Assembly: GCA_963784735.1 (NCBI GenBank)
Contig: CAWASK010000013.1
Coordinates: 6,584 to 70,583, forward strand
Direction of reading: 5' to 3'
DNA: 64,000 nucleotides
Origin: an uncultured delta proteobacterium
GTDB taxonomy: Bacteria > Desulfobacterota > Syntrophia > Syntrophales > UBA4778
The notes under the pieces are model-generated. The model saw nothing but the letters and a program-made list of their open reading frames with translations. It did not search any database and had not been told where the DNA came from. This document shows positions 9,260-19,246 of the stretch, one piece after another (position 1 is the first letter of the stretch; the number at the start of each line of letters is the position of its first letter). Made by a program: the position numbers and the translations under genes.

Positions 9260-9291
9260 CAAAATCATTGTAACCATATATTGTGGTTACA
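9256..9291 (+). promoter_or_regulatory. sigma70-type promoter (TTGACA-17nt-TATTGT) with overlapping palindrome; predicted leaderless transcript for the CGNR gene
   Basis: TTGACA at 9256..9261, an exact 17-nt spacer and TATTGT at 9279..9284. The ATG at 9291 lies 6 nt after the -10. Inverted repeat TGTAACCA (9269..9276) / TGGTTACA (9284..9291). Confidence 0.4.
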
Positions 9292-9868
9292 TGACAAGGC
9301 AGCCTCACCCCAAGTACAGCAAATTCCGGTTCGATGCCGGCAGCCTCTCTCTCAATTTCGTTGCCACGGTGAGGCACCGGGGGACTTCAAAGCCCCGGGA
9401 CCTGCTGTCCGCGCCGGATAAGCTGGCCGAGTGGTTCCGGCTCGCCGGGTGCAGCAACCCGGCCCCGGACCCGTCTGTAAAGGACCATGAGCTGGCCATA
9501 CATCTTCGCGAAGCTATTTACAGGACTGTGCGCGCGTTTGTCCTCAAGGAGAAGCCCTGCGGCACAGACATAGACCTGATCAACCGGGCTGCGGGGTATT
9601 CCCTGCCTGTGCCGCAGCTTGACGCTGACTTTGCAGTCCGCTGGAAGAGCACGCACCCGTCAGGGCCTGTCTCGCCGAAATCGCGACAGACGCGGCCATG
9701 ATGGTGGTCCACGTCGACCGGAAGCGTTTCAAAATGTGCAGTAACGGCAGTTGCCAGATGCTCTTCCTGGACAACTCCCCCGCAAACCGCCGGAGGTGGT
9801 GCTCCATGTCGATCTGCGGCAACAGGGAGAAAATCAGGAGTTTTCGCCAAAGGTTGAAATCAATATAA
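9291..9868 (+). CDS. ABATE-domain / CGNR zinc-finger protein; one apparent frameshift
   Basis: N-terminal FRFDAGSLSLNFVATVRHRG (ABATE-like). The C-terminus read in another frame is FKMCSNGSCQMLFLDNSPANRRRWCSMSICGNREKIRSFRQR, containing the CGNR motif. Confidence 0.75.
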
Positions 9869-9883
9869 AGGAAAGGTGTGACC

Positions 9884-10751
9884 ATGGACCGAGCGGAAAA
9901 CGCAAAATGGCTGGAAGGAATCATCCGCGAATTCATCAACTCGCCGGAGAATTCGCTTCAGAATGAGGCCCGCGAGAAGGCCTGGGACGAGCCCCTGGTC
10001 GGCTTCTCCAGCGGCGGCGACCCGCTTTATGACGAATTCAAAGAGTACGTCGGCCCCTTCCACTGGACGCCCCGGGAGATTTTCTCCCTGGCCTTTCCCG
10101 GTCCGGAGGTCGGCGCCCGAGCGGCTCACGGTAATTTCCTGGGTCCTGCCCCAGACTGCCGAGGCGAAAAAAGACAATGCGAGGGAAAAGGTCTTCCCCG
10201 CGGAGCGCTGGGCGCGCTCGAGGATGTTCGGGGAAAATACCAATAACGGACTGCGGCGGCATATCGTGGCAGCCCTGGCGGAAAAGGGGTTCAGAGCCGT
10301 TGCTCCATGCCTGGCTCCCGAATGGGCGATCCGCCCGTCGGAGCGCTTTACCTTCGCTTCCAACTGGTCGGAGCGCCATGCCGCTTATGCTTCCGGCCTG
10401 GGGACCTTCGGCCTTTGCCGGGGGCTCATCACGCCGAAAGGGAAAGCCATGCGGGTCGGCTCCGTGGTCGCGGAAATCCCGGTTGCCCCCACCCCCAGGC
10501 AGTACACCGATCACAGGCAGTGGTGCCTTTTCTATGTGGACGGCAGCTGCAGGGAATGCGCAAAACGCTGCCCCGTGGGCGCGATAACCGATGAGGGGAC
10601 AGACAAGATGAAATGCCGAGAGCACTCGATCGAGAAGTCAAACGAATTCATAAAATCCCGCTACGGATTCGAAGGCTATGCCTGCGGGCTGTGCCAGACC
10701 GGGGTGCCCTGTGAATCGAGGATCCCCCGCAAGCTAAATAAAAGCGGTTAG
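9884..10751 (+). CDS. epoxyqueuosine-reductase-like / reductive-dehalogenase-like 4Fe-4S protein; one apparent frameshift
   Basis: Pieces 9878..10246 and 9963..10751 join. Cys clusters CRECAKRCPVGAI and CGLCQTGVPC are present, and GLGTFGLCRGLITPKGKAMRVGSVV is typical of the QueG-like family. Confidence 0.6.
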
Positions 10752-10770
10752 AGGGATCGCGGTTCCCGGC

Positions 10771-11244
10771 TCAGTCGAGGTCCACCTCGGTCTTGCATTT
10801 GTTGCATCTCTTCGCCCCGCGGAAAAGCTTGTTATTGCAGGAAGGGCACATGTAGCGCGCCTCCTCGTCGGCAACCCACTGCTCTGTGCCGACCAGGCGC
10901 CAGTGAGGGATGCCCCGGAGGATCACCTTTTTGCCGACCGGCACCGGGAAAGCATCGATCATCCCGCAGGGGAAGTCGGCGCACTGGTGGCAGCCGGTGT
11001 AGCCCTTCTTATTCGTGCAGTCGCGGATCTCACATTTTTCGCAATACCTGAATTTGACATCCGAGAGGCAGCCCTCGCAATAGATGTCTTTCGCCGAGAG
11101 GTCCGCGGACCCCGGCAGCTTTCCCTTGTAAACCCCAACCAGCCTCTCCTTGAATTTTTCGTCATTGTTGCGCGCGGCGTACATGATAGCGCACACTCCG
11201 CAATACAGCCCGCAGGGTGCAAGGTAATTCGGGTCCACAGACAT
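10771..11244 (-). CDS. DUF3795-like cysteine-rich protein
   Basis: 157 aa. N-terminal APCGLYCGVCAIM plus multiple CxxC pairs (CEGC, CEKCEIRDC, CHQCADFPC, CPSC, CNKC). Confidence 0.6.
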   Translation of the reverse strand: MSVDPNYLAPCGLYCGVCAIMYAARNNDEKFKERLVGVYKGKLPGSADLSAKDIYCEGCLSDVKFRYCEKCEIRDCTNKKGYTGCHQCADFPCGMIDAFPVPVGKKVILRGIPHWRLVGTEQWVADEEARYMCPSCNNKLFRGAKRCNKCKTEVDLD

Positions 11245-11414
11245 TTTGAGCCTCCCGGGATTTTTTCCTTTTTTTAGCAGACAAACGATCGAATTATCCA
11301 GGGGACAAAAGCGTTTACGAAATTGTCGTTAATGGCAGGCATCTTCTTGTTTTGACTTAGGAAACCGCTTGATCTATATTTCTCGCCATTTCAGGAAGGG
11401 GGCTGCCTAAACAC

Positions 11415-12933
11415 ATGGACGACAAGATCGGCTTCGACAACGAGAAATACATCAGCGAGCAGACGGCCAAGATCCTTGAGAGGGTAAAGCGCTTTGACAA
11501 CAAGCTCTACCTCGAGTTCGGCGGCAAGCTGCTTTACGACTACCATGCGGCCCGCGTCCTGCCCGGCTACGACCCCAACGTCAAGATGCGGCTCATCCAG
11601 GAGCTCAAGGACAAGGCCGACATCCTGCTTTGCATCTATGCCGGCGACATCGAGAGAAAGAAAATCCGGGCCGATTTCGGGATAACCTACGACTCCGACG
11701 CCCTGAAGCTCATCGACGACCTGAGGAACTGGGGCATCAATGTCCTCGGGGTCGTGATCACGCGGTTCGACAACCAGCCATCGGCCCAGCTCTTCAAGAA
11801 CAAGCTCGAGAGGAGAAACATCAAGGTCTTCACTCACCGCTTCACGAAAGGGTACCCCACCGATGTCGAGGCCATCGTGAGCGACGAGGGATACGGGGCG
11901 AACACTTACATTGAGACCGAAAAGCCCCTGGTGATCGTCACCGGGCCCGGGCCCCGGGAGCGGCAAGCTCGCCACGTGCCTCTCCCAGCTCTACCACGAG
12001 TACCGGCGCGGCGTGCGCGCCGGGTACGCCAAGTTCGAGACGTTCCCGATCTGGAGCATCCCCCTGAAACACCCCGTGAACGTCGCCTACGAGGCCGCCA
12101 CCGCGGACATCCGCGATTTCAACCTGATCGACCCCTTCCACCTGGAGGCGTACAAGGAAAAAGCCGTCAACTACAACCGCGACGTGGAGGTATTCCCCGT
12201 CGTGAAGCGGATCCTGGAAAAGATCACGGGGGGGGATTCGTTCTACAATTCACCGACCGACATGGGGGTGAACATGGCCGGGTTTGCGATCGTCAACGAC
12301 GAGGTCACGCGGGAAGCGGCCAAGCAGGAGGTGATCAGGAGGTATTTCCGTTACCGCTGCGAGTATGTCATGGGGTTCACCGACAAGGAAACGGTCCAGC
12401 GGGTCGAGCTCTTCCTCGAGGACTTCAACCTCCGCCCCGAGGAGCGCAGCGTGGTCAAACCTGCATGGCAGGCGGCCCGCGAGGCCCAGGAGCAGAAAAA
12501 GGGCAACGAGGGGATTTACTGCGGGGCGGCAATCGAGCTGAAGGACGGCACAATCGTCACGGGCAACAACTCGCCGCTGATGCACGCCGCGTCAAGCCTG
12601 GTCCTCCATGCCATCAAGAAGCTCGCCGACATACCCGACAAGATCAAGCTGCTTCCCGCCTATATCACGGACTCCGTGAGGAACATGAAGACGGATATCC
12701 TCAACGAGAAGTCCGTCAGCCTGGACCTGGAGGAAACGCTTATCGCCCTGAGCATCAGCGCAACGACGAACCCGGCCGCGCAGCTGGCGATAGAAAAGCT
12801 GAAGGAGCTCAGGGGCTGCGAGGTCCACATCACCCACATACCGACCCCGGGAGACGAGGCCGGGCTGAGGCGCCTCAGCGTCAACCTCACCAGCGAGCCC
12901 AACTTCTCGACCAGGGACCTGTTCCTTGCCTGA
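11415..12933 (+). CDS. DUF1846 (UPF0371) family protein; one frameshift at the C-run 11952..11955
   Basis: N-terminal [19 protein letters not shown]...[24 protein letters not shown] and C-terminal piece 12013..12933 are collinear. The junction should read [21 protein letters not shown]. Confidence 0.85.
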
Positions 12934-12960
12934 AACGCCGGGCTTCTCAAGCACCAACGA

Positions 12961-12993
12961 AAAGCCCCTTCCGGGACCGGAAGGGGCCTGTTT
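12961..12993. terminator. bidirectional stem-loop terminator
   Basis: GCCCCTTCCGGGACCGGAAGGGGC palindrome flanked by AAA and TTT, between convergent genes. Confidence 0.55.
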
Positions 12994-13006
12994 CAAACTC
13001 CCGCTT

Positions 13007-13174
13007 TTATACCGCCTCTATGGTTGAGGGCGGCTTGGTGGCGATGTTGTACGTCACGCTCACCACGCCCGGCACGCCCTTGATAATGTTCGCGGAGATT
13101 TTTTCCAGCACCTCGTGAAGTTTAATTAAAGCGAAGCCGACCGGGCAGCCCGGCAGCGTTGAAACCGGGGTCAT
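13007..13174 (-). CDS. small (55 aa) hypothetical protein with a DUF59/NifU-like PGCP segment
   Basis: Hand-translated as [55 protein letters not shown]. Its ATG overlaps the stop of the upstream small membrane ORF (ATGA). Below the ORF-track length cutoff. Confidence 0.3.
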   Translation of the reverse strand: MTPVSTLPGCPVGFALIKLHEVLEKISANIIKGVPGVVSVTYNIATKPPSTIEAV

Positions 13175-13350
13175 CCGCCGAAATAGCGTTTAAGGGTTTC
13201 TATTACGGGATCGGTAAAGAGCAGGATGAGGACGACATACAGCGCAATTATGGCAGCCAGCTCTTTGTTGGTGATCCTGGGGTACTTTTTCCTGATCAGG
13301 AGAATGACCGTGATCCCGATGACCAAATGCACAAGAGACAGAAAATTCAT
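13171..13350 (-). CDS. small hypothetical membrane protein (59 aa)
   Basis: MNFLSLVHLVIGITVILLIRKK...AAIIALYVVLILLF has two hydrophobic helices. Translationally coupled to the next small ORF. Confidence 0.35.
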   Translation of the reverse strand: MNFLSLVHLVIGITVILLIRKKYPRITNKELAAIIALYVVLILLFTDPVIETLKRYFGG

Positions 13351-13625
13351 CCCATTGCTCCTTTCCGTGACAACAAACCTCTGATGAAAAGTTCCATTGA
13401 AAAAAACCAAGGCCGGGGCGGCTTCCGCGAAAGGCGAAAGAGCAAGACAATTTTTCGTAACCTACTTCGGGGCCCATCCCCTGTCAATGCGAAAAATTCC
13501 CGGAAGGCCTGCTGCGTCGACCTTTCCCCAAATTCGCTTGACTCATGAAAAGCCCAAAGTATACACTGCTAAAGTCTGCACACATTCAAACAAATGCCCA
13601 AAACTAAAAAGCAAATTTCTTCCAA

Positions 13626-14886
13626 GTGTTTGAAGAAGTCTTCCCAAGAAAGAAAGACGACAGACACATTCAAACGGCAAGCATGATCCTGATCAACAAT
13701 TATCTGCACAGGGACGTTTTGAGCGACCTCATTCAGCGCTGGATGTACCACAACGTCCGCCCAGCGGATGCCGAGCTGGTGGCAAGGCTGGTCAACTTCA
13801 ATCACACGTACGTCTCGCGGTACCTGCGCCGGTTCTGCGGAAGCGTTTTCGGGGGGCTCTACCCCGAAGGGCACTTTGGCCGGCGGGTCTCGGTCAAGCG
13901 GGACCTCAAGGAAGCCCTCGTCGCCAACCCGCCCTTTCGCAATGCGCGTATAGACGAACTGATTTCCAATTACCGGAAGCACCCGGAACACTATTACAGC
14001 GACACTCCTTTTCAGGGGATGCTGTTTTTCAGGGGGGAAAGGGCCGATGTCTCTGATAGGGTCCTGCAGGGTCAAGCGCGTCCGCAGGCTGGCGGAAAAA
14101 GCCGCCCATCGGATCATTGACCGGATTTTTGAGAGCATAAAGGCCCGTGCCGAGGCCCTGGCTGACGACCGGGCACGCCAACTCGGCATCCCAAGGGAGC
14201 TGCTGGTAACGCCGCCGGAGGAAATGCAGGCCGAGTTCGTCAATGCCGAGGCCCGTCTCGTTGAGGACCTGCGCCTGGGACGGCCTGTCGAGGCGGCCGG
14301 GGGAATAACGATCAACGACGTCGCGGGGATCAAGGTCATCCTGGAAAACGACCGGATGGAGAGCCTGTTAAGGGTGCTCGACCGGCTGCCGGGCTGCCGC
14401 ATCACGGAAAAGGAAATTCACGCTGGCCTGTACAATGCCACAAACCTGATCGTCAGCTATCGTCCCGACCGGGAAGGTATACTGTCGGAACCGATCGGCA
14501 GGGGTATTGTTTCACTTATGGAAAAACGGGGCATGCCCGCCGAGCGCACCCAGCAGGCATTTGCAGAATTTGTGCGCACCGGGGAAGACACGGTCTCGGT
14601 GGAAATCATTGTCTCGAATTACCAGGAGACCCTCGAAAGCGAGATCGGCCGTTGCATGCATGAAGAAAGGATTGTCCGGCAGCGCGCAACAAAGGAATAC
14701 CGGGGGCACCTGGCCAGGAATATTGAATACCTGATGGAGTACCTCTTTGCTTTTTCCCAGTCCGCCGAGCGGGAGCTCCCGGAACTGCCGATAAAGCTCT
14801 GGAACCGCTATCTCCCGGACTATTTCGACGAGGTCCTGAAAAGGCTTTACCATATCCCTTCCGACAGCCTGCCTGACGAAACCTGA
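13626..14886 (+). CDS. divergent RelA/SpoT-like (RSH synthetase-fold) nucleotidyltransferase with unknown N- and C-terminal regions; one apparent frameshift near 14045
   Basis: CRVKRVRRLAEKAAHR (RxKxxxSxxxK-like), NDVAGIKVIL (DxxGxR-like), YNATNLIVSY (YxSxH-like) and VSVEIIVSNYQETLESEIGRCMHEER (EVQIRT-like) occur in the canonical order. The start is either GTG 13626 or ATG 13683. Confidence 0.5.
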
Positions 14887-14904
14887 GCCGTCTTCACTTC
14901 GAGC

Positions 14905-15459
14905 TTAAAACAGCAGCAGGGAATCGGGCAGGAACATAAGGAAGCCGCTCGCAAAATATACGAGGCCGAAGCCTCCCAAAATCAGCCCCAAGACCCAGAC
15001 CGGCTTCTTCTTCAGCAGGGCGGCAATTGATGAAAGAAGGATGGCGATCTGGAGGAAAATCACCGCTATCCCGAATACCTGGGCGTGCTTCTGGGAATCG
15101 AGCTGCAGGGCCTCATATTTTCTTGCGTCTTTCTGTATCTGGGCTTTTTCCTCGTCGTACCTTTTCATCTCCTGTTTATACTCTTCGATTTTCTTCAGGT
15201 ATTCATTTCTTTCCCGCTTCGATAGGTTAACGGAAGATTTCAGCCCGAACTCCAGGTTGTCCTTCTGGGCCTCGTGAATATAGCCTTTTATGCTCTTGGA
15301 CTGGTAATACGCCCACTGATTTGCAGCGTGAGACTGGTTCAGCACGGAGCGGGTTGAAGACCCGCCTCCCTTGAATGTCGCCAGTGTGGCGCAAACCGCC
15401 AGGATTACGGTCGTCAGGGCCAGATAATTCAGCCAGGGCTCTTTTTTTTCGTCTGTCAT
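14905..15459 (-). CDS. DUF4337 domain-containing membrane protein
   Basis: 184 aa. N-terminal WLNYLALTTVILAVCATLATFKGG, then AANQWAYYQSKSIK, a coiled-coil middle and two C-terminal TM segments, as in DUF4337. Confidence 0.65.
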   Translation of the reverse strand: MTDEKKEPWLNYLALTTVILAVCATLATFKGGGSSTRSVLNQSHAANQWAYYQSKSIKGYIHEAQKDNLEFGLKSSVNLSKRERNEYLKKIEEYKQEMKRYDEEKAQIQKDARKYEALQLDSQKHAQVFGIAVIFLQIAILLSSIAALLKKKPVWVLGLILGGFGLVYFASGFLMFLPDSLLLF

Positions 15460-15716
15460 AAAACCTCCTGTTGTCTGCTTCGGGGATGTGTGCCCCGTAA
15501 GGCCGGGGTATTCATCCCGGCGTTTATTATTTTTTTAAAAGCCGCAAACCCTTATGCTTTAAGGATTTTTTAAAGAGTTCCGGGAGGGATTTGCTGAAGA
15601 AAAGGATCGGATTCTCTGCAACTCAAACCGGACTGCAGCGCGTGTATAGCATATCTTCGCAAATATTTGAATATCCTGAGCAGGGCGGACTTTCCGCGGA
15701 AAGCTTTGCCCTAAAT

Positions 15717-17106
15717 TCAGTCCGCTTCCCGCAGGCCTGGCCGCCAGGAATTTTTTGAACTCCCCGTAATCGTCCAGCCATGGGATGGGCCTTGCCTGTC
15801 CTCTTTTCCAGGCCAACCATGCTCGGCGGGGGGTCCGGGGAAAATCCCAGGAGCTCTATGATCTGCTCCGGGAACTTCGCCGGGTGCGCGGTCTCCAGGG
15901 AAACGCAGACGACCCGTGCTGCCGGGGTACCTGTCCAGGTATTCTTCCAGCCCCTTCCAGGCGACTGCCCCGTGGGGCTCGAGGACCGTCCCGAACTTTT
16001 CGTAAACACTCTTGATCGTCTCCTTGGTCTGCGTGTCGGAAACGCTCACTGAAAAGATGCCCTTTTTCATGGCGGCTATATCCGGGGTCTTGTGGACTTT
16101 CCCGGAACGGTCAACGGTCCCGCCATAAAGGTCGAAAAACCTGGCGAGGTTGCTCGGGTTGCCGACATTCATCGCGTTGGAGAGGCATGCCCGGGAGGGC
16201 GAAATCTTTTCATAGATGCCGGTCTCCAGGAACCGGGGAAATTCGTCGTTCTCGTTGGTGGGCATGAGGAGCATGTCCACGGGCAGCCCCATGCGGCGGG
16301 CGTACTCGCAGCCCAGGGCGTTGCCGAAATTCCCGGAGGGCACGGAGAAAACGATCCCCTGCCCGGGCTGGGCCAGTCTTGCGAAGGCGTAAACATAGTA
16401 GACGATCTGCGGCATGATGCGTCCGAAGTTTATCGAATTTGCCGATGTCAGGTTGAATTTGACCAGGTCCGGGTCCGAGAAGGCCTGCTTGACGAGGTTC
16501 TGGCAGTCGTCGAATTTGCCGGTCACGGAAAGCGCCCGGACATTTCCGCCGATTGTGTCCAGCTGTTTTTTCTGTATGTCGCTCACCTCGTCGCGGGGGT
16601 AGAGGATGTAAACATCTATCCCCTCGACGCCCTTGAAGGCCTCCCCCACGGCGCTGCCGGTGTCGCCCGAGGTGGCGACGAGGACGTTGAGGCGCTTCCC
16701 CCGGTTGCGGTAGCGGCTCATGAGCCTCGCCATCATGCGGGCCGCGAAGTCCTTGAAAGACGCGGTCGGCCCCCGGTCGAGCCTCATGATGAACTTCCCG
16801 TCCTCGACCTTTTCCAGCGGGACTTCGAAATTGTAGGAGTCTTCCACTATATCTTTCAGGCCGATGCGCGCGGCTTCCTCCCCGAGGAAAGCGGATGCCA
16901 CGAGTAAGGCAGCTTCGCTGTAGGGCGCATTTTTCAGCCTGACATATTTCATCAATGGATATCTTCGGCACCCGGTCCGGCATGAAGAGGCCCTCGTCAG
17001 GCGCCTGCCCCTGCAGAAGGGCCTCCCCGAACGTCACGGTCGCCTTGAAAGGAGTTATCCCGGGCACCCCGTCGAGCCCCCTGTTCGTGCTGTAGAATCG
17101 TATCAC
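15717..17106 (-). CDS. thrC: threonine synthase; at least two apparent frameshifts
   Basis: N-terminal MIRFYSTNRG...EALLQGQAPDEGLFMP, PLP-lysine region GPTASFKDFAARMMA, then VATSGDTGSAV and SGNFGNALG. The stop at 15717 is followed by a hairpin. Confidence 0.85.
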
Positions 17107-17131
17107 GCGTCTGTCCTCCCGTTTTTGACCT

Positions 17132-18079
17132 TCAGCCGTTTGCCGCGCGGGCGTTTTCCCTCACATACTCCAGAAACAATTTATGGTAAGGCATCAGGTC
17201 GAATTGCTTCTTATAAATCAAATGGAAATGCCTTTCAATGCTGCATTTGTCCACTTCAAGGGGCCTGACCAGCCCCTGTTCAAGCTCGCGGCGGACCGCA
17301 TGGGTGGAAAGGATGGAAACACCCAGCCCGCAGAGGATCCCCTCCCGGAGGGCCTCGGAACTGCCGAGCTCGCAGACAATATTGAACCGGGAAATCCCCG
17401 TTTCCAGGTTTTCCCTGAGGCATCTTTCCAGGGTGTCCCGGGTGCCCGACCCCTTCTCCCTGATGATGAAGGGTTCGGCCTCAAGCTCTTCCAGGCTCAC
17501 GGACTTCCTTTCAAACCACCTGTGCCCCCTGGGCACGATCAGGGCCATGGTGTCCTTCCAGAGCGGCTCCGAGATGAGTTTTCCCGATGCGGGGCCCTTG
17601 CCGATGAAGCCGATTTCCGCCCTGCCCCCGAGGATATTGTCAATCGCCTCCTCGCTGTCGCAGGTGCGCACGTACGCCCTGATGCCCGGGTGCTCGCCGC
17701 GAAAACCGCCGAGGACGGACGGGAGGATGTACGTGGCCGGGATGGTGCTCGCTGTTATATAGATATTGCCGGTATCGTGCAACCTGCTGTTGACGATCTT
17801 CTCGCAGGCCTCGTCGCGCAGCTTGAGGATCCTCCGGGCGTAATCGTAGAGGAGCCTTCCCTCCCTGGTCAGGGAGATCCCCGCATAACCCCTCTCGGCC
17901 ACCCTGTAGCCGACCGCATCCTCCAGGTTCTTGATGTGCTTGGTCAGGGCCGGCTGCGTCAAGTGCATGCTCTTCGCGGCCTTGCTGAAGCTCCGCATTT
18001 CGATGAGCCTCACGAGGGCGTCGAGCTGCTGAATGGTGATGTTTCTGAATCTGTTCTGGACCATGTCTTCCCATAGCAT
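17132..18079 (-). CDS. LysR family transcriptional regulator
   Basis: 315 aa. The N-terminal wHTH region LDALVRLIEMRSFSKAAKSMHLTQPALTKHIKNLE is followed by a LysR substrate-binding fold. Divergent from yedE. Confidence 0.85.
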   Translation of the reverse strand: MLWEDMVQNRFRNITIQQLDALVRLIEMRSFSKAAKSMHLTQPALTKHIKNLEDAVGYRVAERGYAGISLTREGRLLYDYARRILKLRDEACEKIVNSRLHDTGNIYITASTIPATYILPSVLGGFRGEHPGIRAYVRTCDSEEAIDNILGGRAEIGFIGKGPASGKLISEPLWKDTMALIVPRGHRWFERKSVSLEELEAEPFIIREKGSGTRDTLERCLRENLETGISRFNIVCELGSSEALREGILCGLGVSILSTHAVRRELEQGLVRPLEVDKCSIERHFHLIYKKQFDLMPYHKLFLEYVRENARAANG

Positions 18080-18178
18080 AAATCCAGGGAATAATTCAAC
18101 CCGATCTATAACTTTTATTAATTTGACATATTACTTATTTTTTCATAAAAAATCTTTTCAACCCTTAAGGAGACGAAA

Positions 18179-19243
18179 ATGCAGCATTCTCTTCCCCGTA
18201 TTCTCATGATCGCAGGCGGGCTTATATTCGGGATCACGGCGGTCCTACTGACCTCGTTTGGCAATCCCCCCAACATGGGGTTCTGCACGGCGTGCTTCCT
18301 TCGCGACGTGGCGGGGGGCGTCGGCCTGCACAGGGCCGATGTCGTCCAGTACCTTCGCCCGGAGATCATCGGACTCATCTTCGGGGCGCTCGCCTCCTCG
18401 CTGCTGTTCAGGGAATTCCGGCCGCGGGGCGGTTCTTCCCCCCTGGTGCGCTTTTTCCTCGGGGCGTTCATGATGATCGGCGCGCTTGTCTTCCTGGGGT
18501 GCACGGTCAGGGCGCCGCTGCGGCTGGCGGGCGGGGACTTGAACGCCCTTACAGGCCTGGCGGGCCTGATAGCCGGGATTTTTGCGGGAATCGTATTCCT
18601 GAAAAAGGGATTTCACCTGGGGCGCGCCGGGAAGGGCTCATCGGCCGGGGCCTTTATGATACCTCTGGTGGCAGTTGCCCTTCTGCTGTTCCTGGTTTTC
18701 GAGCCCCCATTCATTCTGTTCAGCAAGAAGGGTCCGGGGGCTCAGCATGCGGCCGTCCTTTTGTCGCTTGGCGCCGGCCTCCTGATCGGGTTCATCGCCC
18801 AGAAGACGAGGATGTGCTTTGCCGGGGGGTGGCGCGACATCATGCTGGTGCGTGATTTCCACCTGTTCAGCGGGATTGCCGCATTCTTCGCCGGCGCGCT
18901 CGCCACGAATTATATCCTCGGGAATTTTTCCGGGCTTTACCATTGGGGCTTCGAGAACCAGCCGGTGGCGCACACTGACCACCTCTGGAATTTCCTGGGG
19001 CTGTCCCTGACAGGCCTGAGCGCGACTATGCTGGGGGGCTGTCCCCTGCGGCAGACAATACTGGCCAGCGAAGGCGACGCCGATGCGGGGGTCACGTTTC
19101 TCGGCATGGCGGTGGGCGCGGCATTTTCCCACAATTTCCTGCTGGCAAGCTCGGTAAAGGGAGCGGGGATGTTCGGCCCCTTCGCGGTGCTGGCGGGACT
19201 CGCCTTTTGCGTAATACTTGGTTTAGCGATGATGGAGCGTTAA
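18179..19243 (+). CDS. yedE: YedE-family putative selenium/sulfur-compound transporter
   Basis: 354-aa polytopic ORF. NMGFCTACFLRDVAGG and RMCFAGGWRD Cys-containing repeats are typical of YedE/FdhT-like proteins. First gene of the operon ending in selD. Confidence 0.8.
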   Translation: MQHSLPRILMIAGGLIFGITAVLLTSFGNPPNMGFCTACFLRDVAGGVGLHRADVVQYLRPEIIGLIFGALASSLLFREFRPRGGSSPLVRFFLGAFMMIGALVFLGCTVRAPLRLAGGDLNALTGLAGLIAGIFAGIVFLKKGFHLGRAGKGSSAGAFMIPLVAVALLLFLVFEPPFILFSKKGPGAQHAAVLLSLGAGLLIGFIAQKTRMCFAGGWRDIMLVRDFHLFSGIAAFFAGALATNYILGNFSGLYHWGFENQPVAHTDHLWNFLGLSLTGLSATMLGGCPLRQTILASEGDADAGVTFLGMAVGAAFSHNFLLASSVKGAGMFGPFAVLAGLAFCVILGLAMMER

Positions 19244-19246
19244 TAA

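Noticed and set aside
13569-14405. A 278-aa ORF antisense to the RSH-like gene. Similar long antisense ORFs occur at 11391..11975, 16092..16907, 17183..18076, 25251..26375, 32671..33534, 50012..51154, 56804..57793 and 58636..59589.
   Set aside because: In every case the opposite strand encodes a protein with clear conserved motifs. The antisense translations are low-complexity (R/P/G/A-rich) and have no recognisable domains or RBS. They are a typical by-product of codon bias in GC-rich coding DNA.
15559-15816. ORF pieces extending past the end of thrC (15559..15816 and 15623..16009).
   Set aside because: The conserved thrC C-terminus ends at the TGA at 15717. It is followed by a palindromic hairpin (CTTTCCGCGGAAAG within GGGC...GCCC). 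The extensions arise from frame errors and have no protein-like features.
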